A DNA stretch of 64,000 nt from a virus. Taxonomy: Duplodnaviria; Caudoviricetes. Below are positions 35,319-43,661 of the stretch, in pieces. Under the pieces are notes generated by a model. That model saw nothing but the letters and a program-made list of their open reading frames with translations, did no database searches and was not told the DNA's origin. The position numbers and the translations under genes are program-made. Where the stretch lies: the IMG/VR virus record IMGVR_UViG_3300033075_001817, positions 853 through 64,852 of that record; one strand, 5' to 3'. Numbering within the stretch: the first letter of the stretch is position 1; the number at the start of each line of letters is the position of its first letter.

Positions 35319-36625
35319 GCCAGCGCTCCGACTACGTCTCGATCGAGGTGGGCGGTCAGCGCATCGACACGTGGACGGAGTATCGCGTCGAGAGCGATCT
35401 CCTCGTCCCCGCGGACGGGTTCGATCTCACGATCTCGTTGCCGGCGGGACGAGGAGCGAGCAGCTCGCGGGAGTTCGATCGCGTCCGCGAACTCTGCGCC
35501 AAGTACGCCGAGGTCCAGCTCTACATCGGCGCCGACGTGACGGGAGGGTCGCGCCGGCGCGCCCTGCAGCTCACCGGCCGCATCGACGACCGGGAGATCG
35601 ACGTCTCGCGGGAGCGTGGGTCGGTGATCCACGTCTCCGGGCGCGACCTGGCCGGCTACCTCACGGATTCGGACGCGCCGCCGAACCTCCTTCGCGAGCT
35701 CGGCGACGACGCGACGTTCTTCGACCTCGTGCGCGCCGCGGTGGCGCCGTGGGGTCTCTCGGTGATCAGCGATCAGACCGCGTCGCGCAACCTGCGGACG
35801 GGCGCGGCCGGGCTCACTCCGGGGCAGCGCCTCGACGTCGAGGCAGCGGTCGCCCAGGGCATCCCGAGGGCCTTCGCAACGCAGGCGATCGTCCGGCGCG
35901 CGGCGCGCGAGCAGAAGCCCGTCGCGGATGTCGTCGGGGTCGAGCCGAGCGCGCGAGCGCGGGCCCGCAGCTCGAGCGGGATGACCCCGAGCGACGTAGA
36001 GCGCCAGACCGTCGCCGAGGCCTCGCCGCACGTGGGGGAGTCGGTGTGGAGCTACCTAGAGCGCCACGCGCAGCGGCTCGGGTGCATGATGTGGATGAGC
36101 CCTCGCGGCGAGCTCGTTGTCGCGGCTCCGAACTACGGCAGCGACCCGCTCTACACGTTCATCCAGCGCAAGCGGAGCACGGCGGAGAGCCCCACGAACG
36201 TGCTTCACATGGGGCGGCGCGAGAGCGGCGGGGGCCAGTACTCGAAGGTGACGGTCTACGGGCGCGCGCACGGATCGGACGTCAGCCGTTCCCGCATCCA
36301 CGCGACCGTAGAGGACACGTCGGTCCCGTTTCGTCGCGAAAAGGTCGAGCACCGCGCCGACTGCACGACGGTCGATGCGGCCCGGCGCGCCGCAAAGCGG
36401 ATCATGCGGGAGGAACTCGCGGGCGCAGACGTGCTCACCGTCACCGCGCCAGATCACGGCATGGGCCGGTACCTCTACGCGATCGACACGGTGGCGAACG
36501 TCATCCACGAGCACTCGGGCCTCGACGATCGCCGCTACATCACGTCCAGGACGTTCACGCGATCGCGCGACGCAGGCACGCGCACCGAGCTCCGACTCAT
36601 CCCTCTGAACAGCCTGGCTCTGTAG
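35315..36625 (+). CDS. Baseplate hub (Mu gp44/gpP-like)
   Basis: WTEYRVESDLLVPADGFDL, VSGRDLAG.L.D, GESVWSYLER.A, YSKVTVYG. Confidence 0.9.
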   Translation: MSQRSDYVSIEVGGQRIDTWTEYRVESDLLVPADGFDLTISLPAGRGASSSREFDRVRELCAKYAEVQLYIGADVTGGSRRRALQLTGRIDDREIDVSRERGSVIHVSGRDLAGYLTDSDAPPNLLRELGDDATFFDLVRAAVAPWGLSVISDQTASRNLRTGAAGLTPGQRLDVEAAVAQGIPRAFATQAIVRRAAREQKPVADVVGVEPSARARARSSSGMTPSDVERQTVAEASPHVGESVWSYLERHAQRLGCMMWMSPRGELVVAAPNYGSDPLYTFIQRKRSTAESPTNVLHMGRRESGGGQYSKVTVYGRAHGSDVSRSRIHATVEDTSVPFRREKVEHRADCTTVDAARRAAKRIMREELAGADVLTVTAPDHGMGRYLYAIDTVANVIHEHSGLDDRRYITSRTFTRSRDAGTRTELRLIPLNSLAL

Positions 36626-36631
36626 GTCACG

Positions 36632-37360
36632 ATGCCGCTGCGACCGCACTTCCTCCACGCTGTCGACGGCGTTCTCGACTTCGCGATCGTGATGTCGACG
36701 ACGATCCTTCAGCGCGCCTCGAGCGTGCAGGCCCGCATCCGTGGGGCGGGGCCAGAGGACGACGAGAGCGACGACCCGAACGGCTACGAGGAGGCGAACG
36801 CGGAGCTCTGGGGGCTTGCCTCGGTCCTCTACCGGCCACAGGACGGCGCCGAAGTGGTGATGCACCGCCGCGGCGACGAGCGGGTGGTACTCGCGACGAA
36901 GGATCGCCGCTGGCAGAGCGAGCACACGCTCGAGAAGGGCGACGTTGTCCTGCGGTGGTGCGGGGACACGGGCGGCAGCGGCCCCGCGCAGCGCCCGTAT
37001 GTGCACCTGAAGGCGAACGGCGACGTCCTGATCAACGGCGTGAAGGTGCGGGTCGCGACGAGCGGCGACGTGGAGATCGACGCGGACGCGACGGTCACGA
37101 TCACGGGCAACAAGATCGTCGCGGCGAGCAACGACATCCGGCTGACCGGCGACGGCGCGACCGATGCGCTCGCGCTCGCCTCGAAGTGCAACGCGCGCCT
37201 CGACGCGATCAGCGCGGCGCTCGATGCGTTCGCGGCGGCCACACCGGTGCCGAATGACGGCGGCGCGTTCATCCAGACGCAGCTCAAGGTCGCTGGCGGG
37301 TGGGGCACCGGCCCGCACGCCCCCGCGAACACGGGCTCGTCGAAGGTGAAGGCGACGTAG
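36632..37360 (+). CDS. Baseplate spike (Mu gp45-like)
   Basis: RPQDGAEVV...GD.RVVLATKDRR, LEKGDVVL, beta-repeat C-terminus, TGSSKVKA. Confidence 0.85.
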   Translation: MPLRPHFLHAVDGVLDFAIVMSTTILQRASSVQARIRGAGPEDDESDDPNGYEEANAELWGLASVLYRPQDGAEVVMHRRGDERVVLATKDRRWQSEHTLEKGDVVLRWCGDTGGSGPAQRPYVHLKANGDVLINGVKVRVATSGDVEIDADATVTITGNKIVAASNDIRLTGDGATDALALASKCNARLDAISAALDAFAAATPVPNDGGAFIQTQLKVAGGWGTGPHAPANTGSSKVKAT

Positions 37361-37876
37361 CTACTCGAGCACGAGCCGGACGGTCGTGTAGTGCGACTCG
37401 GCCGACTGCTCGTAGGGCGGCGTCGGGTTGTTGTGCGTGAGGGTCGCGGTCCCGCAGTTCACGACGACGTGCCCCGCCTCGATGAAGGCGGTGCCGGAGA
37501 TCAGACAATCGGGCCGCGGGGGCAGCGTCGATGAGCACTCGGGCGCGTCGCACGCGGGCGGCGGGTCGACGACGTTGCCACACGAGATGGTGGTGATGCG
37601 GCGGACGGTCGCCGGATCGATCGACGCGTCGCGGAAGTCGGCCGCGTAGGTGACCTGCTCGCCGCGCGACCCGTTCGCGTAGAGGTAGTCGAGCGAGCCG
37701 ATCGGTTGGCACGGCGCCGTCATGTCGACCTGCGCGGCCGCGGAGTCGCTCGCCGCATCGCGCATCGACTCGCCGACATCGATCCAAGCGTCCGCGAAAT
37801 AGACGGCCGCGGGCGAGCTGCACGCCCACGCCCCCAACGCGATCCCCAGCACCAAGAGCGCCCGCTTCGTCGTCAT
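37361..37876 (-). CDS. Antisense-oriented Cys-rich lipoprotein (moron-like)
   Basis: MTTKRALLVLGIALGAWA-C lipobox; six further Cys; exactly fills the gap between spike and wedge genes. Confidence 0.7.
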   Translation of the reverse strand: MTTKRALLVLGIALGAWACSSPAAVYFADAWIDVGESMRDAASDSAAAQVDMTAPCQPIGSLDYLYANGSRGEQVTYAADFRDASIDPATVRRITTISCGNVVDPPPACDAPECSSTLPPRPDCLISGTAFIEAGHVVVNCGTATLTHNNPTPPYEQSAESHYTTVRLVLE

Positions 37877-37928
37877 GCCCTCATGACGCCACGAGGCGCC
37901 CCGCTCGTCCAGTCGACCCGGAGGGTGG

Positions 37929-38300
37929 ATGGCCTGCCGAGCCCCGAAGATCGACGCGCAGACCGGGGAGTACGCTCTCCAGTCGGGCGGGCTCGTCGAG
38001 GACACGACGGTCGCGAGCGAGGTGATCCTCGCGCTCCGCTCGAAGCGCGGATCGGGCGCCGCCGCGCCGTGGTTCGGCTCGCGCCTCCACACGCTCCGCA
38101 AGCTCACGAAGGCCACGCCCGCGCTCGCCCGCGCCTACGGGCGTGAGGCCGTCCAGCACATCGTCGATCGCGGCGACATGCGCGACCTCGAGGTCACCGC
38201 CGAGATCGTCGGCGGCACGCGCCTGACCGTCACGCTCGGCTACACGGACCGCCTCGGGCAGCGCCGTTCCCTTTCCTACACGCACGCGGTGAGCGCATGA
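37929..38300 (+). CDS. Baseplate wedge (Mu gp46-like)
   Basis: SEVILALRSKRG...WFGSRLHTL...A..Y..EA.Q. Confidence 0.85.
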   Translation: MACRAPKIDAQTGEYALQSGGLVEDTTVASEVILALRSKRGSGAAAPWFGSRLHTLRKLTKATPALARAYGREAVQHIVDRGDMRDLEVTAEIVGGTRLTVTLGYTDRLGQRRSLSYTHAVSA

Positions 38301-39907
38301 GCTTCAAGAGCAAGACGCTGGACGAGCTGCACGAGCTCGCCCTTGCGCACCTGCGCGGTCGCGTCCCTGCGGCGAGCCTCGCGCCCGGATCGGACTACTG
38401 GCTCCGGTCGCGCTCGGTCGCCGCCGTCGCGTTCCTCCTTCAGCAACCGATCCTCGACGAGCAGAAGGAGATCCTGCCGAGCACCGCGTCGCCCGCGTTC
38501 CTCCCCGAGCACGCCGCGGTGCGCATGGGCGCGGAGAGCGCGCTCCTTCCCGCTGCGCCCGCGCGCGGCCTCGCGATGATCACTGGCACGGTGCCCGGGA
38601 TCGGGCTTCTCGTGGGCGCGACGCTCACGCACGCGAACGGCTCGAAGTACAAGGTCACGAGTGCCGCGGTGATGACCGAGCCCGTGTGGGCCGCCAAGAC
38701 CATCGCGGTCGGGTCGCGTGGCGATCGCGTGCTCGTCGCCGAGGGCGCGTCGGACATCGCGCTCGGCGACATCATGAGCGTGGGCGCGGACGAGGTGGTG
38801 CGGGCCGTGCGGGACCGGATCCCGGACGTCGGCACTCCCTACGGCGTCGACCTCTACACGCCCGTCGAGACGCTCGAGGTGGGCACGGCGGTCAGTCCCC
38901 TGATCGGCGCGGTGGTCGAGCTCGAGGCTGTCGTAGCTGGCTCCGCGGGCAACCTCCTCGCGGGCGACACGCTCACGATCGACTCGCCGCCCTCTCCGCC
39001 CCCCGACATGGCCGCGACCGCGACCGTGCTGGAGATGACGGGAGGTGGCGACGAGGAGACGACCGAGCAGCTCCGCGCGCGGATCCTCGCGTGGATGGCC
39101 GAGCGGCCAGGTTCTGGGAACCGGAGCGACTATCGCGAGTGGGTGCGCGCGACGCCCGGCGTGCGGCTCGACGACGCGTGCATCTACTTCGGCTACCGCG
39201 GCGTCGGGACGATCGACATCGTGCCGATCGGCGTGAGCGGCGCTCGGCAGACCGGCGACACGGCGAACGCGAAGATCCTCGCCTACCTCGGCACGCAGGC
39301 ATCGATGCACGACGACGTCCAGGTCCGGCAGCTCATCGACGGCACGAGCCAGGACGTCGTCGTCTCGATCTCGACGGGCACGGACTACATCTCGGACTGG
39401 GACGGCTCCTACGAGATCGCGCTCGGGTCGACCACGACGCGGATCAACGTGAGCGTCACCGACGTCACCATCCCGCTCGGCGCGCGCGTGCTCATCCAGG
39501 TCACGACGGGGCTGCTCCCCGCGACCTACCAGCGCACGTGCATCGCGCGCGGCATCGGCTACTTCGACATCGACGAGCCGCTCCCCTCCGCGCCCGACGA
39601 GCTCTACAGCGTCACGCCCGGCGGCCCGACGACGCAGGGCGTGCTCGACGCGATCTACGGCCTCTTCGATCGGCTCGGCCCCGGCGATCCCGACAACGCG
39701 CACCGCTGGCCCGACGGCGCGGACGCGTGGGAGTGGATCCTGCGCCCCGAGCAGATCTCGCACGCGGTGCTCGCGGTCGAGGGCATCGACGGCTGCGACG
39801 TCACGACGCCGGGCGCGAACGTCACGCCCGCGCAGTTCGCCCGCGTGCGCCCTGGCATCGTCCTGATCACCCACGCGGCCGGCTCGACACCGGCCACGAG
39901 CGTCTGA
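38297..39907 (+). CDS. Baseplate J-like protein (Mu gp47-like), extended
   Basis: AVVAGSAGNL, GGGDEETTEQLRARIL, GSGN.SDYREW, RGVGTIDI. Confidence 0.9.
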   Translation: MSFKSKTLDELHELALAHLRGRVPAASLAPGSDYWLRSRSVAAVAFLLQQPILDEQKEILPSTASPAFLPEHAAVRMGAESALLPAAPARGLAMITGTVPGIGLLVGATLTHANGSKYKVTSAAVMTEPVWAAKTIAVGSRGDRVLVAEGASDIALGDIMSVGADEVVRAVRDRIPDVGTPYGVDLYTPVETLEVGTAVSPLIGAVVELEAVVAGSAGNLLAGDTLTIDSPPSPPPDMAATATVLEMTGGGDEETTEQLRARILAWMAERPGSGNRSDYREWVRATPGVRLDDACIYFGYRGVGTIDIVPIGVSGARQTGDTANAKILAYLGTQASMHDDVQVRQLIDGTSQDVVVSISTGTDYISDWDGSYEIALGSTTTRINVSVTDVTIPLGARVLIQVTTGLLPATYQRTCIARGIGYFDIDEPLPSAPDELYSVTPGGPTTQGVLDAIYGLFDRLGPGDPDNAHRWPDGADAWEWILRPEQISHAVLAVEGIDGCDVTTPGANVTPAQFARVRPGIVLITHAAGSTPATSV

Positions 39908-39914
39908 GGAGCAC

Positions 39915-41402
39915 ATGACGATCCCGACCATCCTGACGCTCCCCGCGCGCATCGACTCGGACCTCGGCCGGCCGAAGATCGAAGAGCCGAGCGCCGATCG
40001 CGAGCGCGACCTCTCCGGCGCGGAGCTGAATCGGATCCAGTACTGGATCGCGACGCTCGGCGCGCTCATCGGCAAGACGGACGGGTCCGACGCGGGCTCG
40101 ATGATCGCGCGCATCGTGGAGCTCGAGACGACCGCGGCCGATCCGGACGCGACGGTGGTCGAGCGCTTCGACGATCTCGACGACACGAGCGCCTGGATGC
40201 TCGTCAAGAGCGGCACCGGGTCGGCCGGCATGAGCGAGTCGATCTCGCCCGGCGCGCTCTCGACGCCGTTCCCCTCGCGCGGCGTCTTCTCGCTCCAGAT
40301 CGGCGCGGGCGCGGGCCTCGTCAGCCTCTACCGGCCGCTCGCCGGCATGATGCACTCGGCGACGCAGCCGATCGTCGTGACCTGGCGGACCACGAAGGTC
40401 ATCGACAACAGCCTCGTCACCGATCCGACGACCTCGCCGTGCGCCGCGGTCTGGGGCATGGCGGGCGGCTTCTCGCTCGGCGTCCCGACCTACGGCGTCT
40501 TCCTCGCCGCGACGATCGATGGATCGACCCATCGCGTCTGGAAGCTTGCGATCTACTCGGGCGGCGTCCCGACGTACACGGCGCTGACCACGCCGATGCC
40601 CTCGTGCACGTGGTTCGAGGTCCGCATCACGGCGGACGCGGCGCACGTGAAGATCGAGGTCTCGCCCGAGGGCGGCGCATGGGTGACGCTCATCGACTCG
40701 AGCTCCGTGTCGGCGCCGGACGGCGTCTACGTGCCCTACGCCAACGCCGACTATTCGACGGGCGTCGGCAACGCGAAGGTGTTCCTCGACTCGGTGCGCT
40801 GGCGCGCGTCGCGCGAGGTGGCGCACGCGGGCAGCACCGTGCCCGGCACGGACTTCCTGTCCATCAACTACACGGCCGGCACGGGCATCAGCCTGACCGG
40901 ATCGACGGTCTCTTCCGATCTCGGGTACGTCGCGACGAGCGGCCACGCCGGCTACATGGCGGCCGCGGACAAGACGTTCATCGATCGCGCTGATCTGCTC
41001 GATCAGTGGTGGAAGTTCTCCGGCGTGCTCGATGGCGCGGCGGCCGTGACGGGCGTCTACCTCGGCGACGGCGGCGGGATGAAGTACACGCCGGCGGGCG
41101 CGTCCGCGCAGGCCGCGAACGTGCTCGAGTACACCGTGCCGGCCGCGTGCACGCTGCGCGATCTGCGGATCTACGCGCCGACGAACACGCTCAACCAGGC
41201 CGTCGTCGTCACCGTCTACAAGAACGGCGTCGCGACGACGATCACCACCACCGTCACCGCGAGCACGACCGGCGCCTACAGCGACACGACGCACACGGCC
41301 AGCTTCGCCGCTGGCGACCGCGTCTCGATCTTCTGCGCTGCGGCGTCGAACGGCACTGGCGCGGCCGTCTACACGGCGTCGCTCGTCCTGCGCCGCAGCT
41401 GA
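39915..41402 (+). CDS. Tail fibre / receptor-binding protein (putative)
   Basis: LSGAELNRIQ anchor, beta-sandwich-like middle, trimer-type C-terminus. Confidence 0.65.
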   Translation: MTIPTILTLPARIDSDLGRPKIEEPSADRERDLSGAELNRIQYWIATLGALIGKTDGSDAGSMIARIVELETTAADPDATVVERFDDLDDTSAWMLVKSGTGSAGMSESISPGALSTPFPSRGVFSLQIGAGAGLVSLYRPLAGMMHSATQPIVVTWRTTKVIDNSLVTDPTTSPCAAVWGMAGGFSLGVPTYGVFLAATIDGSTHRVWKLAIYSGGVPTYTALTTPMPSCTWFEVRITADAAHVKIEVSPEGGAWVTLIDSSSVSAPDGVYVPYANADYSTGVGNAKVFLDSVRWRASREVAHAGSTVPGTDFLSINYTAGTGISLTGSTVSSDLGYVATSGHAGYMAAADKTFIDRADLLDQWWKFSGVLDGAAAVTGVYLGDGGGMKYTPAGASAQAANVLEYTVPAACTLRDLRIYAPTNTLNQAVVVTVYKNGVATTITTTVTASTTGAYSDTTHTASFAAGDRVSIFCAAASNGTGAAVYTASLVLRRS

Positions 41403-41434
41403 TCTCTCTCTCACCCAACGAGGAGCGCACCACC

Positions 41435-41794
41435 ATGTCTCTCGACCTCGCACGCATCGGCGGGATCGTCCGCACGATCCCCAACGCGCGCTACGGCATG
41501 TCCGTGGACGGCACCGGCCAGACGCTCGACCTGAAGAGCGTCACCGGCACCGAGGGCGACACCACGCCGACGAACCTCGTCGGGAAGTGGATCTTCCTCG
41601 CGGCCCGCACCGCCGACATCACGATCCTCCGCAACGTCGCGCCCGGGACGGCCGGCGTCGGGCTCGTGCTGAAGGCGGGCGACGCGCCGCAGGAGTTCTT
41701 CGTCGAGCAGGGGCAGACCAGCGTGCTCGGCGCGAAGGCCGGCGCGGCCGCAACGCTCGACATCCTCTACGACACGCAGCCGGTCGCGCTGTGA
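41435..41794 (+). CDS. Hypothetical structural protein
   Basis: Strong RBS AGGAG; position among the fibre genes. Confidence 0.65.
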   Translation: MSLDLARIGGIVRTIPNARYGMSVDGTGQTLDLKSVTGTEGDTTPTNLVGKWIFLAARTADITILRNVAPGTAGVGLVLKAGDAPQEFFVEQGQTSVLGAKAGAAATLDILYDTQPVAL

Positions 41795-43425
41795 GGGGAA
41801 GGGCGCGCGGACGCGGGGCTCTGATCCCCGCGCGGATGAAGAGCGGCGGTCCTGCGCCCGGGCTCGCGACCGTCGCGGCGATGGGCTGGAAGCTCCTCTA
41901 CGACGGCAACCGCGCGACCTACTCGGGTGGCTACTGCACCGGGCTCCCCGCGCGCATCGCTCCGTCCGGCGTCAATGCGACGCTCGCGCCCACGGGCGGA
42001 GACACGACGAAGCCGATCGCGCCGCTCCTGCGCATGGGCGAGCTGACCGGGCCTTTCTTCCGCACGTCGCTCGCCGCGCTCACGCCGACGTGGGGCAAGG
42101 GCGGCTATCTCGAGGCGCCTGTCACGGTCGACGGCTCTTCGCTGACCGAGATGACGCGGATCGTCGTCGGCTACGCGAACCTCGATCTCCCGACCGGCTA
42201 CAGCGAGCGACAGGAGTTGTTCGGCTGCAACGTCTCGGGCGGCGGCGCGGAGCCGACGAACCTGCTCGGCTACCCCGGCACGCTTCAGACGAAGATCAGC
42301 GAGTACAACGGCGGGGCCGTCGCGTGGAAGCCGAGCACGACGGCGCCCGAGTCGCGCCTCTTCTGCGTCGTCTCCGTCTTCAAGAGCAGTGGGGACGTCT
42401 GGCTCTACTTCAACGGCCAGCTCGTCGACGTGATCACGGCCGGCTGGACGCCCGGCGTGCAGCTCGTGAACGTCTTCATGGGCGCGGCCTGGCACGCGGG
42501 CACGACGTCGATGTCCGCGCCCTACGACGGGCACCTGTTCCTCGCCGGCTACGCGACGCGCGCGTTCTCTCCTGCGGAGGTGAGCAAGACGATCGCGAAC
42601 GTCTTCATCGCCGCGGGCCGCGACGTCACCGCCGATTGGTGGCCGAACGACGATGCGAGCGTCGTCGAGTTCCTCGATCTCGGCGGCCGCCAGCTCCAGG
42701 AGTACAGCGGCGATTCTGGCGCGACACAGCGCGTGCGTGCGTGGCAGGGCAGAGACTCGAATACGCGCGTGCACTCGACGGCGAGCGAAGCGGCGAGCCC
42801 CGCGCGCGGCATGCTCGCGGCCGATCTGCTGAACTTCCGCGAGACGACGGTCTTCGACGGCGTCGACGACAAGCTCACCGCTGGCGACCTCGCGCACCTG
42901 CTCGATGCCTCAAAGCGCTTCATCGGGCACTTCGCGCTCCTCATCGGCACCGGCGCGGTCACGGTCGACACGAGCGTGCACCGCGCCGGGTGGCTCGGGC
43001 ACGTGATCGCAGGCGACACCGGCGGCACGTACAACCTCTCGCTCGTGAAAGACACGGCGAACGAGTACGGCTTCGGCGTGAACGCGATCGTCCTGCGCTG
43101 GATGATCTACTCGACGACCGAGCGAACGATCGCGGTGCGCGTCTACGAGAACACGCCGATGATCATCGAGCACGGCGTCGACGCGAGCGACAATCTCCAG
43201 CTCCGCGTGTGCGACGCGAACGGCAAGCGCAGCGCGACCCCGACCGCGCGCGGCACGTACGCGCCGAGCGCGGCGAACATCATCCTCTTCGGCACCGCCT
43301 ATCTCGGTTCGAGCTACCTCGCCGGCAAGCTCTCTCGATGGACCCACCGCGCAGGCTGGGACACGACCTACCAGGGCAACGCGCGCGCGTGGGCGCTGCG
43401 CGAGTACGCGATCGACTGCTCGTGA
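41791..43425 (+). CDS. Tail-associated protein with LamG/ConA-like domains
   Basis: GDVWLYFNGQLV, FDGVDDKL and related LamG-type motifs. Start GTG 41791 or ATG 41836. Confidence 0.65.
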   Translation: MRGRARGRGALIPARMKSGGPAPGLATVAAMGWKLLYDGNRATYSGGYCTGLPARIAPSGVNATLAPTGGDTTKPIAPLLRMGELTGPFFRTSLAALTPTWGKGGYLEAPVTVDGSSLTEMTRIVVGYANLDLPTGYSERQELFGCNVSGGGAEPTNLLGYPGTLQTKISEYNGGAVAWKPSTTAPESRLFCVVSVFKSSGDVWLYFNGQLVDVITAGWTPGVQLVNVFMGAAWHAGTTSMSAPYDGHLFLAGYATRAFSPAEVSKTIANVFIAAGRDVTADWWPNDDASVVEFLDLGGRQLQEYSGDSGATQRVRAWQGRDSNTRVHSTASEAASPARGMLAADLLNFRETTVFDGVDDKLTAGDLAHLLDASKRFIGHFALLIGTGAVTVDTSVHRAGWLGHVIAGDTGGTYNLSLVKDTANEYGFGVNAIVLRWMIYSTTERTIAVRVYENTPMIIEHGVDASDNLQLRVCDANGKRSATPTARGTYAPSAANIILFGTAYLGSSYLAGKLSRWTHRAGWDTTYQGNARAWALREYAIDCS

Positions 43426-43436
43426 TGGAGGAAGCG

Positions 43437-43649
43437 ATGCCGAACGTTGGTGATGTGATCCGAGTCGTCCGCAAGGATCGAGCTCCGATGGATTCGATCC
43501 TGCTCGAGGTCTCCGTGCTCGAGCCGGACGGCCTCATCGACGGCATCGGCTCGGACGGCGAGCGCTACAGCGGCCTCCGCCACGTCGATGCCGCGCCGGT
43601 CGTCGGCGAGAACCCGGTGCACTGCTGGGCCGCCGTCGAGCAGGCCTGA
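43437..43649 (+). CDS. Small hypothetical protein
   Basis: RBS GGAGG. Confidence 0.55.
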   Translation: MPNVGDVIRVVRKDRAPMDSILLEVSVLEPDGLIDGIGSDGERYSGLRHVDAAPVVGENPVHCWAAVEQA

Positions 43650-43661
43650 TCGCGAGGACAC

